A stretch of DNA of 64,000 nucleotides from Candidatus Eiseniibacteriota bacterium (GCA_963823555.1 CAWGMA010000003.1:149970-213969); one strand, 5' to 3'; positions 20,801 through 29,757 are shown, counted from the stretch's first letter. The notes: generated by a model from the letters alone, not told the origin. A program made the numbers and translations.

Positions 20801-22247
20801 CGTCCGCCGGGCCCCCCGAGGTCGAGCTGTAGATGGTGTTGGCCGCCGTGCCGTTGCCGGTTCCGCCGGCCGATACGCAGTTCTTGGCGGTTGCCGGGCT
20901 TCCCACTGTCCCCGTGCCGCCCGAGTTGCCGTCGGCGAAGAAGGGGAGGAAGTCGGGGTGCTCCCACATGAACTGGTCGACCGTCATGGCCTGGAAGTCG
21001 TAGTCGCCGGCAGCGGCTGATCTGCTCCACGAGTTCGACATGATGCGCGCCCCGCCCGCGGCATTCCCGGTGTAGGGGAGGACGAGGAGATCGTTGAGGT
21101 CGATCGGCACGTAGATCGCGACCGGGTCGCTGCCACCGCCATCGCAGAAGTAGAGCTGCGCCGCGGGCGCCATGCCGTCGCGGAGATCGGTGGCGAACGG
21201 TGAGTCGTCCCCGGCGACGGTGCAACCGGTGTGGGTGCCGTGTCCGCTCTCGTCGCCGAAGAGGATGCGCGGATCCTCGTTCGTCTTCACATAGGCCACG
21301 AGCTTGCGATGATCCGGGTACTGGCCGTAGCCGGTGATGGAGATCACGGGATCGCGGAACTGATTGTGCGTGGTGCGGATCCCCGAGTCGGCCGTCGAGA
21401 CCATCTGGCCCTCGCCGCGGATGCCGAGGTCCCAGATGCGGCGGTCCGAGCTGACCCAGGTCTGCACCACCCACTGCGCGTTCGAGTTGACGATGCGGTT
21501 CGGGTGCCAGGGCTCGATCCATGCCACCGCCGTCTCCCGCGCCAGGTCGGGTAGGATGTCGCTTCCGGCCTGGAAGCGGATGAGCTGGTTCCGCCCGCGC
21601 GAGCGCTCGACGACGTTGCCGCCGAGGGTGGCGATGCGCGCGGCGATGATGTCGGCGGGTTCGCCGTCGAACACCTGGAGGACGTAGCTGTCCCCCCGGC
21701 GGCCGGGCGCCATCTCGGGAGCGGCCGCCAGCTTGTAGGCCGGGTGGTAGGCGCCGGTCCACTCGACTCGGGGCATGCGCGCGATGGTCTCGCGCGCGCC
21801 GGCGGGAAGGCGGACCAGGAAGGCGTCGTGCGGGAGATAGGCATGGATGCGGCCGCCGAGGGATTCGAGATCAGCCTTCCATTCGGCCTCGATCGGGCCG
21901 GCGAACTGGACGATGAAGTATCCCGCCGCGTCGGATCCGGGGTCGCCGCGGAGGGCATCCGGAAGAGGGGGCTCGCCCATGCGGGTGTCGAAGCGGATAC
22001 CGCTGGCAAGGGTGATCATGGTCCGGTCGGCTACGGGATCGGGCTGGGTCCGCCCGCGACGGATCACCGAGATCCGGTCCCCGTGGCCGCCGGGCTTGCT
22101 CTCCATCCTCGAGGTGAAGGCGGGGCCTGGCGTGTTCGCCACCCGGTTGGCGCTTTCTCCGGACAGGGCATGAAAGGCGATCGCGAATGCCGCCAGGGCC
22201 ACGCAACCGAGGAAACGCAGAGAGCGATCCAGTGTCGGGCGATGCAT
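17808..22247 (-). CDS. Secreted S8 family serine peptidase (subtilase) of about 1480 aa, with a FlgD-Ig/T9SS-like C-terminal domain
   Basis: Signal peptide MHRPTLDRSLRFLGCVALAAFAIAFHA. Subtilase catalytic motifs are present: the Asp region, GHGTHTGCTVAG and SGTSMATPAMAGAAAL. A long beta-rich region follows. The C-terminus reads ...QNAPNPFNPATTIRFTLESEAPVALTIFDVAGRAVRSLVSGQLAGGTHVVAWDGRDERGAPVASGIYLYKLV. Confidence 0.9.
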   Translation of the reverse strand: MHRPTLDRSLRFLGCVALAAFAIAFHALSGESANRVANTPGPAFTSRMESKPGGHGDRISVIRRGRTQPDPVADRTMITLASGIRFDTRMGEPPLPDALRGDPGSDAAGYFIVQFAGPIEAEWKADLESLGGRIHAYLPHDAFLVRLPAGARETIARMPRVEWTGAYHPAYKLAAAPEMAPGRRGDSYVLQVFDGEPADIIAARIATLGGNVVERSRGRNQLIRFQAGSDILPDLARETAVAWIEPWHPNRIVNSNAQWVVQTWVSSDRRIWDLGIRGEGQMVSTADSGIRTTHNQFRDPVISITGYGQYPDHRKLVAYVKTNEDPRILFGDESGHGTHTGCTVAGDDSPFATDLRDGMAPAAQLYFCDGGGSDPVAIYVPIDLNDLLVLPYTGNAAGGARIMSNSWSRSAAAGDYDFQAMTVDQFMWEHPDFLPFFADGNSGGTGTVGSPATAKNCVSAGGTGNGTAANTIYSSTSGGPADDGRLKPTVCAPAVAVSSAFFSGDASYASLSGTSMATPAMAGAAALMRQYLTEGWYPTGAKVPANGFTPSAALLKAMVVNSGDNSVSGYSIPSNRIGWGRVLTDNVLYFAGDTRRTALVDFTTGLLTGEYVEFAVEVTDATQPIEATLVWTDYPSTPAAAINLVNNLDLIATEPGGAVYRGNFYAAGQSSTGGTADAINVEECVQRNLPSAGTWILRVEAANVPFGPQPFALVVTGGLASGLAVVELNQAAYGAEDTVAIRVTDPDAALPLTVSVSSTTESTPEVVSLDGGDGIFTGAIPISLAAPAADGRIQVSNGDEITVTYLDPNPIAARATVNLLGPVITAVHAGNQSQDGATITWLTSTPASSRVYYGTTPLLGAETELEPALVTTHAVTITGLATNQTYYFDVESVDHQGNGVRDDAGGVHYRFTTDSRRDVLVVITDSSFDKRGYYETALSSRGWAHAIWEGALASPPRLGNLDSGLRSFKAVVWQPGLEQYPVITDAARDTLTALNAGGARWAIFSHDVAWDFSEPSSPDYSPARKAWFETELKAIWQADPATWSSVLGIAGDPISGTYTAGIPYTPHRSGAAGDEINPNPVGGTALASWRNNDTSPDDIAIRFTGAMPAGDPGSAVWGGQPTKISTNFYEWAHLNAVVPDDEARADILDRTLIWLIGHDHPDVTVTGPDGGEVITSGPVAISWTESAAAGFTVASRTIHVSSNGGESWNLVAAAPGPPPYSWNPAGFPNGTRYRIRVAITDNGSPSLRGRDDSNGDLTLHLPGGDLTGPVVVAGSIAVDPLPIRASEATSLAATVTDANTGGSNILAAEWSAGLNPAPAGTGTAMTGDFGTITVGVMAEIPAGTFGEDFVTLWVRAKDQGGAWGGAASLRVPVNAGPTGIGSEASAEFRFGLDQNAPNPFNPATTIRFTLESEAPVALTIFDVAGRAVRSLVSGQLAGGTHVVAWDGRDERGAPVASGIYLYKLVTPDRAAVRKMVLLQ

Positions 22248-22450
22248 GAATACCTCTTCCGCTGGCAACGGGGGTCGGGGGTGCCGGATCCATCCGGCCC
22301 CGGGGGCTTCTGGGGCGTCTGGGCTGCCCCTTCCTGGCGGTAGCAGTGGATCATAGCCGAGCCCCCGCCGGGGAGCCAGTGGCAGGTCGGCAGCCGCCGC
22401 ACCATCCGTTGCGCTATGCTCCAGCGAGATCGGTCCCGGTCGAGAAAGTG

Positions 22451-25003
22451 ATGAAGGCAAGGGGCTTTCGGGGTTCGGGCTTTCTCCTGGCAGTTCTGGC
22501 GGCAGCCATGCTGCCCGCCGCCATGGCGCGCGCGGCCGGTCCGCCCTTGAAGCCGGCGCCGGTTCTCACGATCGAGCGGGCCACACGTCAGGAGATGCCC
22601 ACCCGCACCTTCGACGTGCACCATCTGAAGCTCGAGCTCGCGCTGGATCCGGAGGCCGGGCGGATCTCCGGCGAGGCGACCCTGACCCTGAGCCCGCTCA
22701 GCGGTTCGATCACCGAGGTCCCGCTTCATGCCGCGGACCTGGCCATTGAAGCCGCCTGGATCGAACGGGAAGGGACCATCGACAGCGCGGGCACCGCAGT
22801 CGAACCCGGGCTCCTGCGCGTCGCCCTGCCGCGAAGCGCCGCCCCCGGGGAGACGCTCCGGGTGCGGGTGCGCTACACCGCGCATCCTGCGACCGGTCTC
22901 ACCTTCGTCGCCGCCGATCCCGCCGGCGGCCGCTCGCTCCAGATATGGAGCCAGGGTGAAGCCGAGGAGAATCGCTTCTGGTATCCGGCGTGGGACTACC
23001 CCAATGACCGGGCGACGAGCGAGCTCGTGGTCACGGTGCCGGAAGGCCTCACCGCGGTCGGCAACGGCCTCCTGGTCGCCCGGCGCGAAAACCCAGATCG
23101 CACCGTGACGTTTCACTGGCGCGAGGACCATCCCCACGTCAACTACCTGTTCTCCCTCGCCGTGGGCGATTTCGTCCGGCTGCCGGCGCAGGCCGGCGAG
23201 GTTCCGCTCGAGGTCTATGTCGAGCGCGGGCTCGAACCGCTCGCCGAGCGGAGCTTCGGCCACACCGCCGATATGGTGCAGACGTTCGCCCGGGCTTTCG
23301 CTCATCCCTATCCGTTCGAGAAGTACGCCCAGGTCACGGTGCGCGACTTTGCCTACTGGGGCATGGAGAACGTGAGCGCCACGACGCTGATGGAGCGGAC
23401 CCTGCACGATGAGGCCGCGCACCTCACGTACACCTCGGACGACCTCGTGGCGCATGAGCTGGCGCATTCCTGGTTCGGCAACATGATCACCTGCCGGAGC
23501 TGGAGCCAGCTCTGGCTCAACGAGGGTTTTGCGACCTACGCCGAGGCGATCTACTACGAGGCCCGGTGGGGAGAGGAGGGCCTGGTCGACCGCCTGCTGA
23601 ATGACCGCGAGAACTACCTCGAGGAGTACGAGGAGGACTACCGGCGGGCCATCGTCACCGATGTCTTCGTCGAACCGGTGGACCTCTTGGATGCCCACAC
23701 CTACAGCAAGGCAGCTCTGGTCTTGCACATGCTGCGGAAAGAGCTCGGCGAGGAGGTGTTCTGGACGGCGCTCCACCGCTATGTCGCCGCCTTTGCCTGG
23801 AGGGAAGTCGAGACATCCGATCTGCGTAGGATCTGCGAGGAAGTGTCGGGGCGCGATCTCGGCGTGTTCTTCGACCAGTGGCTCTACCGCAGCGGCCACC
23901 CTGTGCTCGCGGCGAGCTGGTCCTGGGACCGCGAGCTCGGGCAGGTCGAAATCGAGATCGAGCAGACTCAGGGAGTCGACGATTCGCCGTTGTTCTTCGA
24001 CACGGCGCTCGACATCCGCATCGTGACGGCGGTTCCGGACGCCGGCCGGCCGGAGGTCGTGGACCATCGCGTGCGCCTCCGGGGCGCGCGGGAGACGTTC
24101 CATTTTCCGGCGGCGGCGCGTCCCAGCTTCGTCCAGCTCGATCCGGCCGGCTGGCTCCTCGCCGAGATCGACTTCCAGAAGCCGGCCGCCGAGTGGGCGC
24201 TCGAGCTGGCCAGCACCACGGAGGTTCTGGGGCGCGTGGCGGCGGTTCGCGCGCTCGGTGCATTCCCCGGAGACACGACGGCGCTCGCCGCGCTCGCCCG
24301 TGCCCTGCGCGAGGACACCTCGCGGCACGTGCGCGCCCGGGCCGCGGCCAGTCTCGGCGAGCTCGGCACCGAATCGGCGCTCGACACGCTGGCCAGCGGA
24401 CTGGCCGATCCCGATGCGCGTGTCCGCCTGGCCGTGGCCACGGCGCTCGGCGAATTCGCCTCGGCGCGCGCGGCGGACCGCCTGCTCGATCTCATCGACC
24501 GCGATCCGAGTCCGTATGTGGTCGGCGCCGCCGCCGAGGCGCTGGGTGCCACCGGGGATGTACGGGCGCACCAGCGTCTCTTGCATCTCCGGCAGCGGAG
24601 CGCCCACGCCGACGAGATCGCGCGTGGCGCCTACGCCGGCCTTGCCGCCCTCGAGGATGAGGCCGTGCTGCCGGATCTCATGCGCGGCACAGGCGAGGAC
24701 ATACCGGGTGAGGCCCGGCGCGCGGCGATCCTTGGGCTCGGCACCCTGGCATCTGAGTTGCCCGAGCGACGACCGGAGATCCAGGCGCGGCTCGTGGGGC
24801 TTCTCGACGCGCCGTTGCTCGACACCCGGCTCGCCGCGATCGAGGCCATGGGGGAGAGCGGGGATCCGGGTGCCCTGCCGGTGTTGAGCCAGCTTGGACG
24901 GAGCGCGTGCGGGGAGTTAGTGCGAGCGACGGCACGGCATGCTGCCTGGCACGTCGCCCATGCCGAGGATTCAGCCGGCAAGACCGCGGACAAGGAGGAT
25001 TGA
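22451..25003 (+). CDS. M1 family zinc aminopeptidase (aminopeptidase N-like) with C-terminal HEAT repeats and signal peptide
   Basis: Signal peptide [28 protein letters not shown]. The M1 zinc motif [10 protein letters not shown]...WLNEGFATY (HEXXH-E) is present. The C-terminal approximately 250 aa are HEAT/PBS-like repeats (...[13 protein letters not shown]...[16 protein letters not shown]...). Confidence 0.9.
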   Translation: MKARGFRGSGFLLAVLAAAMLPAAMARAAGPPLKPAPVLTIERATRQEMPTRTFDVHHLKLELALDPEAGRISGEATLTLSPLSGSITEVPLHAADLAIEAAWIEREGTIDSAGTAVEPGLLRVALPRSAAPGETLRVRVRYTAHPATGLTFVAADPAGGRSLQIWSQGEAEENRFWYPAWDYPNDRATSELVVTVPEGLTAVGNGLLVARRENPDRTVTFHWREDHPHVNYLFSLAVGDFVRLPAQAGEVPLEVYVERGLEPLAERSFGHTADMVQTFARAFAHPYPFEKYAQVTVRDFAYWGMENVSATTLMERTLHDEAAHLTYTSDDLVAHELAHSWFGNMITCRSWSQLWLNEGFATYAEAIYYEARWGEEGLVDRLLNDRENYLEEYEEDYRRAIVTDVFVEPVDLLDAHTYSKAALVLHMLRKELGEEVFWTALHRYVAAFAWREVETSDLRRICEEVSGRDLGVFFDQWLYRSGHPVLAASWSWDRELGQVEIEIEQTQGVDDSPLFFDTALDIRIVTAVPDAGRPEVVDHRVRLRGARETFHFPAAARPSFVQLDPAGWLLAEIDFQKPAAEWALELASTTEVLGRVAAVRALGAFPGDTTALAALARALREDTSRHVRARAAASLGELGTESALDTLASGLADPDARVRLAVATALGEFASARAADRLLDLIDRDPSPYVVGAAAEALGATGDVRAHQRLLHLRQRSAHADEIARGAYAGLAALEDEAVLPDLMRGTGEDIPGEARRAAILGLGTLASELPERRPEIQARLVGLLDAPLLDTRLAAIEAMGESGDPGALPVLSQLGRSACGELVRATARHAAWHVAHAEDSAGKTADKED

Positions 25004-25005
25004 TC

Positions 25006-25143
25006 ATGATCATGACCACGACGCCGACCATCGAGGGCAAGCGCATCGCCGACTACAAGGGAGTGGTGACGGGCGAAGCGATCCTCGGCGCCAACGGCAG
25101 CATGCTCATGGTGAGCGTGAGCGGCACCGCCGTCGTCATCTAG
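25006..25143 (+). CDS. YbjQ/UPF0145-like mini-ORF of 44 aa, internally collapsed
   Basis: [30 protein letters not shown]|[15 protein letters not shown] matches the N-terminal and C-terminal strands of roughly 105-aa YbjQ (DUF74) proteins, but the central approximately 60 aa are absent. Starts 3 nt after the M1 peptidase stop. Confidence 0.4.
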   Translation: MIMTTTPTIEGKRIADYKGVVTGEAILGANGSMLMVSVSGTAVVI

Positions 25144-25679
25144 CGCACGGTGAAGGTGGCGCTCGAACCACCGAGCGGCACCGTCGTCGACCCGCCGTTG
25201 ACGCCCGTGGCGCTGGCGACGCGGAGGGATGAGGTCCCGGTGGCCGCGTTGCTGGCGACCTCGACCGTGGCGGTGACCACGATCCCGTCGCCGGGCGGGA
25301 TCTCGGATGTGCCATTCAGGTCCACGAGGATCACGCGGGCCAATCCGCCCGCGATCTCGTTCACCTGAGCGTCGAAGTCCGCGGCGCGGGCGCCGGCGCC
25401 GGCCGCGGTCACGCTCAGAAGGGCGGCGTCATAGCCGAGGTCGAATTGCAGCCCGGTGAGCGAGCTCGTGTTCTCGAGCCGGAAGCTCACCGTGACGGCG
25501 GCTCCTGGCGCCCCGGCGGCATCATCGATGCGAAGGACGTTCGTCAGGTCGGGGGTGAAGGGTGGCGGCCCGTTGCCATCGTCGTCATCACCCCCGCCGC
25601 AGCCGGCAAGGAGAATGAAGGAGAGAACCGCCGTGGCAAGAGCGCACCGGCGCAGCGAGGGTATCGATCGGACGCTCAT
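25140..25679 (-). CDS. Lipoprotein with cohesin-like domain
   Basis: Lipobox LLAGC|GGG after the signal peptide. The central approximately 130 aa fit the cohesin beta-sandwich pattern ([32 protein letters not shown]...). Start taken at ATG 25679. It lies 62 nt downstream of the dockerin-bearing S8 peptidase. Confidence 0.5.
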   Translation of the reverse strand: MSVRSIPSLRRCALATAVLSFILLAGCGGGDDDDGNGPPPFTPDLTNVLRIDDAAGAPGAAVTVSFRLENTSSLTGLQFDLGYDAALLSVTAAGAGARAADFDAQVNEIAGGLARVILVDLNGTSEIPPGDGIVVTATVEVASNAATGTSSLRVASATGVNGGSTTVPLGGSSATFTVR

Positions 25680-25741
25680 CGTGGCTGCCAAGGGTTGTCC
25701 TCCTCCTTGCGGTGTGCTCGCCGGGTGATCGGCCGTGTTGC

Positions 25742-28624
25742 TCATCGCACCACCGTGAGCCGCGCGGTTGCACTCTCACCGCCGGCCGTCACGCGTGCCC
25801 AGTAGACTCCTGCCGGCAGCGGCCGTCCCCTGGACCCGCGGCCGTCCCAGACGATCTCATGCCGGCCTGGCGCGCGCGTATCATCGGCCGGCATGGCCAC
25901 CAGCCGTCCCGACACATCATAGATTCCCACGGTAACGCGCCGATTTTCCCTGCCTGGCACCTCGATGGCGATACGGGCGGGACCGGCAAAGGGATTCTGC
26001 GTGGCCGCCCATATCCGTAGCGACGCCGGTGCGCCGCCGCCCGCCGGATCCGGAATGGGGGCGCCGAAGGAGACGGTCCCGGCGACGTGCTCGCCACCCG
26101 GACCGACGAGGTCGAGGCGCAGCGGGCGCCAGGCCGCCGTCTCGGCTCCCGCGGCCGCGACGAAGGGCAGGTTGATGACGGGGTTCCCGCCGCTCAGCGA
26201 ATGCCCGTCGGCGGCGAGCGCCATGAGGCGTGTGGTCCCCTCGGCATCGCGCGGCGAGCCGAGGGCGAGAACGCCGCTCCGCGCGCCGCGCACCGCGGCG
26301 GCGAGTGGTGTCAGGGTGCCTCCTGGCGCCGGCGCCAGGTCGAGCTCGAGCCCCGACACGGGAGCAGCCGCCTGGATCGTGATCGGGAGGATCCATGTCA
26401 CCGCGCCGACCGGCGGCACGGGTGGGTTCGCGAACGCACCGGCCGCCATGATGGCGCGGATCACCAGGACCACGTCACCGACATCGATGATCTCGTCACG
26501 GTTCATGTCCGTGCGATCACGCTCCTCGGGGGTCGGCTGCTGGACCTCCAGGACATAGTCGAGGGCGAGGAGCGCATCGGTGATTTCGAGGACGCCGTTG
26601 CCATCGATGTCGCCGGCGATGGTGGTGTCGGATGCGGCGGCGTTCGCGGCGGCGAGGACATCGAGCTTCCCGTACCCCCATAGAGCGTTGGGCAAGAGAC
26701 CCGTGAAGGCATCGGAACGAGCGGTGGTGGTCAAGGCGCGCTTCAGATCGACGATGTCCCAGTCGGGATGGAGCTCCAGGAGCAGGGCCACGGCTCCAGT
26801 GACATGCGGCGCGGCCTGGCTCGTGCCTTGCTGGATGGCATAGCGGTCGCCGGCGAGGAGGAACATGTTGGGGAACTGCGGAAACGGCGAGGCAAAGCTC
26901 GATGACGGCGACGTCGGCGGAGCATCGACGGAGAAGCAGGAGGCAATCTCCATCCCCGGTGCGCAGAGCTCCGGCTTGATTCTCCCGTCGCGCGTCGGCC
27001 CGGCGTTGGAGAAGGGTGCGATCGCGCCGAAGGCGGCGTTGGGTAGGCCGAGGGTGCGCAGGTCGAAGTGGTTGCCGTCCTTGTCATCCCATTCGATCTT
27101 GGTCGTATGGGCGCCGACGGTGATGGCGTTGCGCGCCGTGCCCGGCTCCGAAACGAAGCCGGTGGAACTGGCGAAGCTGCCGAAGGCGGTGGCGGCTCCG
27201 GGCAGGGTCGGCTCGAAGGTGCTGATGGAGATGTAGGCATCGAAGGGGCCGGCGCCGTTCTCGAGGCGGATCCGCCAGCTGCCGGGCACGGGCTGGGCGC
27301 CGGGGATATCGATGACCAGGATGTTGGCCTCGAAGTCGCCGTTGGCCGGGTTGGCGCCCGCTCCGACGTTCTGGACCAGGATCAGACCGTCCTCGCTGAA
27401 GGTGCCGCTCGGAGCGTTCGACTCACCGGGAGCGAACGGGCCGACGGCCAGTCCGTTGGGCGTGATGACCGTGATCGAGAATCCGGCGAAGGTCTCGTAC
27501 CAGAGGTTGATGAGCACGAAGTCGTTCTGCACGCCGGACGCCGGTACGTAATCCGGGATCGTGAAGCGGAGATCGTTGACTCCGCTCACGTAGTCCGAGG
27601 CGGCATGCTGCGCCGGCAGGCTGCGCTCGTTGCCGGCCGCCGCGACGATGGCCTTTCCCGGCCTGCCGCTGCCCACCAGGTTGTCGATCGCCACCTCCTG
27701 CAGCGCCGAGCCGTCGTGGGCCCCGAAATGGCCGCCGAAGCTCAGATTGGTCACGTAGGGCTGGCCGAGCTCGGCGGCCTTCTGATCGATGAAGGAGAGG
27801 GCGTTGACGACATCGGCCTCGCTCAGGCCCCCCGAGCCCGCGCGATCGCCGTTGACGATGATGAGATCGGCGCCGGGCGCGACCCCTCTCATGCCCGACA
27901 TGACGCGGCCGCCACCGGCGGCGCTGCCGGCGACATGGGTGCCGTGGCCGACGACATCGCGCGCTGTGGCGCCCTGATCGATCTGGGCGGCGGTGAGGAG
28001 CGTGCCGCCGAAGGGGCCGTTGCCCGGCACGCTCAGGTCGAGCAGGAACTTGATGCGGGTCGTGCCGTCGGGATTCTGGAAGTCGGGATGCTCGGTATCG
28101 ATGCCGGTGTCGATGACACCAACGATCACGCCCTCTCCGGTTGCTCCGTACTCCGACCACACGCCGGGGGCGCCCGTGTCGGGAACGCTCAGGTCGTTCA
28201 TGAGGCGCATCCGGCCGGCGGCCTGGACGCGTTCGACCACCGGCAGTCGGGCGATGTCGTCAACAAGAGCGAGGGGCACCGCGCGCGCCGTGGCCACTTC
28301 GCCGATGACCGTATCGATCTCGAGGCCGAGCGCCGATAACGACGTCACATCACCGCCTGCGACGGCAAGGAGGAGATCGGCGACCGGAACCCCGGCCAGG
28401 AGTCGGGCCCCGAGCGCCGACGCAGCCGGGCTCAGCATGGGCGCGCCCCGGCCCGGGCTCGCGGCGGCTTCATAGAGCGGCTCGGCGGCCAGGGCGAGCA
28501 GGGGCTGGACCTTGCGTCCCTCCTCGGGCGAGAGCGAAGGAGCCGCCACCGCGGACGTTGCCGAGATGAGAAGTGCGGCGACCAGCAACCCGGACCGTCG
28601 GGAGACCCTTATCGCGTTCATCAT
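25742..28624 (-). CDS. Secreted S8 family serine peptidase of 960 aa with a type-I dockerin and a FlgD-Ig/T9SS-like C-terminal domain
   Basis: Signal peptide MMNAIRVSRRSGLLVAALLISATSAVAAP. Subtilase motifs are present: VGVIDTGID, HGTHVAGSAAGGG and GTSQAAPHVTGAVALL. A dockerin is encoded at about nt 26470-26640 (GDIDGNGVLEITDALLALDYVLE...TDMNRDEIIDVGDVVLVIRAIM). The C-terminus reads ...NPFAGPARIAIEVPGRENRRVTVGIYDVSGRLVAMPADDTRAPGRHEIVWDGRGSRGRPLPAGVYWARV. Confidence 0.88.
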   Translation of the reverse strand: MMNAIRVSRRSGLLVAALLISATSAVAAPSLSPEEGRKVQPLLALAAEPLYEAAASPGRGAPMLSPAASALGARLLAGVPVADLLLAVAGGDVTSLSALGLEIDTVIGEVATARAVPLALVDDIARLPVVERVQAAGRMRLMNDLSVPDTGAPGVWSEYGATGEGVIVGVIDTGIDTEHPDFQNPDGTTRIKFLLDLSVPGNGPFGGTLLTAAQIDQGATARDVVGHGTHVAGSAAGGGRVMSGMRGVAPGADLIIVNGDRAGSGGLSEADVVNALSFIDQKAAELGQPYVTNLSFGGHFGAHDGSALQEVAIDNLVGSGRPGKAIVAAAGNERSLPAQHAASDYVSGVNDLRFTIPDYVPASGVQNDFVLINLWYETFAGFSITVITPNGLAVGPFAPGESNAPSGTFSEDGLILVQNVGAGANPANGDFEANILVIDIPGAQPVPGSWRIRLENGAGPFDAYISISTFEPTLPGAATAFGSFASSTGFVSEPGTARNAITVGAHTTKIEWDDKDGNHFDLRTLGLPNAAFGAIAPFSNAGPTRDGRIKPELCAPGMEIASCFSVDAPPTSPSSSFASPFPQFPNMFLLAGDRYAIQQGTSQAAPHVTGAVALLLELHPDWDIVDLKRALTTTARSDAFTGLLPNALWGYGKLDVLAAANAAASDTTIAGDIDGNGVLEITDALLALDYVLEVQQPTPEERDRTDMNRDEIIDVGDVVLVIRAIMAAGAFANPPVPPVGAVTWILPITIQAAAPVSGLELDLAPAPGGTLTPLAAAVRGARSGVLALGSPRDAEGTTRLMALAADGHSLSGGNPVINLPFVAAAGAETAAWRPLRLDLVGPGGEHVAGTVSFGAPIPDPAGGGAPASLRIWAATQNPFAGPARIAIEVPGRENRRVTVGIYDVSGRLVAMPADDTRAPGRHEIVWDGRGSRGRPLPAGVYWARVTAGGESATARLTVVR

Positions 28625-28655
28625 GAAGTGCCCCTTCAGAGCGTGATGGTCGTTG

Positions 28656-29024
28656 TCACTTGATCTGCATCTGGCGAGCAGGCTCGATCTGGATCACCTC
28701 GTCCAGCGCGGCGATCTCGGCCAGCGAGCGCGGCTGGATCCAGCCGGTGAGGACGTCGCCGACAACCGTGTCGACGCGCATCCCCCTCGACTCGAGGAAG
28801 GGGCTGGAAGCCGCTTCATCGACCCGGACGAGCACCGAGAGAAGCGAGTCCCCTTTTCCTTCGCTCAGGAGCTGGGAGGCGGTGCGGCGCAGCTCGGGAT
28901 CGACCTTGGCCGCAGCAGGGCCGGGAAGGTCGAGCGTTTCCTGACCATGGGAACCGCATCCAGCCAGAACAGCGAGGGCCAGGACGCTGAAGAGGGCAGG
29001 GCGGAGAGAGGTTGAGTGGCGCAT
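28656..29024 (-). CDS. Small lipoprotein resembling the subtilisin propeptide (inhibitor I9-like), 122 aa
   Basis: Lipobox LAVLAGC|GS. The segment ...DSLLSVLVRVDEAASSPFLESRGMRVDTVVGDVLTGWIQPRSLAEIAALDEVIQIEPARQM resembles peptidase-S8 propeptide / I9 inhibitor domains. It lies 31 nt upstream of the dockerin-S8 gene. Confidence 0.5.
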   Translation of the reverse strand: MRHSTSLRPALFSVLALAVLAGCGSHGQETLDLPGPAAAKVDPELRRTASQLLSEGKGDSLLSVLVRVDEAASSPFLESRGMRVDTVVGDVLTGWIQPRSLAEIAALDEVIQIEPARQMQIK

Positions 29025-29155
29025 CCTGGCCTCGGGGTGGGGAGCCTCTCGACGGCGCGCGGCACAGCCAATGCAGGCCGGCGCAGGATTCCAGAGCCAA
29101 GTGACATTACCACTGGCGCCTGGGCGTGGGAAGCGGCTCGCGCCGGGCGGGAACG

Positions 29156-29692
29156 CTAGCTGCGAGCGAGCGGGATGAACCCCTTGGGATAGCGCCGGGC
29201 CAGATCGACGTAGGTCTTCTTGAAGTGGAGCCACTCGGCCTTGTAACGCTCGTCGACCGTCTTCTCGAGGATCCTGGCTGGAACGCCGACCGCGATCTGT
29301 CCGGGCGGGATCTCCTGGCGCTGGCGCACGACACAGCCCTCGCCGACGACCGCCCAGGTCCCGAGAACGGTCCAGTCGCTCACGACCGCGCCCATGCCGA
29401 TGACGACATAATCCTCGATGCGCAGGGCGTTGTGGATGATCGAGCCGTGTCCGACGGTGACCCAGTTTCCGATCGTGCACACCTCACCCGGCCGGGCGTG
29501 GATGACGCAGTTGTCCTCGATGCTGGTGAAGTCGCCGATGTGGATCGTGCCGTAGTCGCCGCGGATGCGGGCGCCGGGGCCGATCCAGCAGCCGCGGCCG
29601 ATCACGACATCCCCGAAGACATCGGCCGATGGATGAATGTAGGTCGCTTCGCCGATCGTCGGCGTCTTGCCCTCGAAGCTGGCAACGCTCAT
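29156..29692 (-). CDS. Gamma-class carbonic anhydrase family protein (hexapeptide-repeat, PaaY/YrdA-like)
   Basis: Left-handed beta-helix hexapeptide repeats (...IGRGCWIGPGARIRGDYGTIHIGDFTSIEDNCVIH...) and conserved His residues. The internal ATG at 29692 gives 178 aa. Confidence 0.82.
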   Translation of the reverse strand: MSVASFEGKTPTIGEATYIHPSADVFGDVVIGRGCWIGPGARIRGDYGTIHIGDFTSIEDNCVIHARPGEVCTIGNWVTVGHGSIIHNALRIEDYVVIGMGAVVSDWTVLGTWAVVGEGCVVRQRQEIPPGQIAVGVPARILEKTVDERYKAEWLHFKKTYVDLARRYPKGFIPLARS

Positions 29693-29757
29693 GGCGGTTG
29701 TCCTCCCGGTGGCGAGGATAGCAGGAAGTGCCGCCTGGCCGGTGCTAGGATCTCGCT

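Noticed and set aside
29126-29757. N-terminal 210-aa extension of the ABC ATPase ORF, and similar long N-terminal extensions of ORFs at 4165-5502, 5617-6180, 7832-9004, 28656-29480, 58229-61369 and 54218-57052
   Set aside because: The extensions are antisense to neighbouring genes or fuse two adjacent genes because no in-frame stop happens to occur. Internal starts with RBSs and homology boundaries were used instead.
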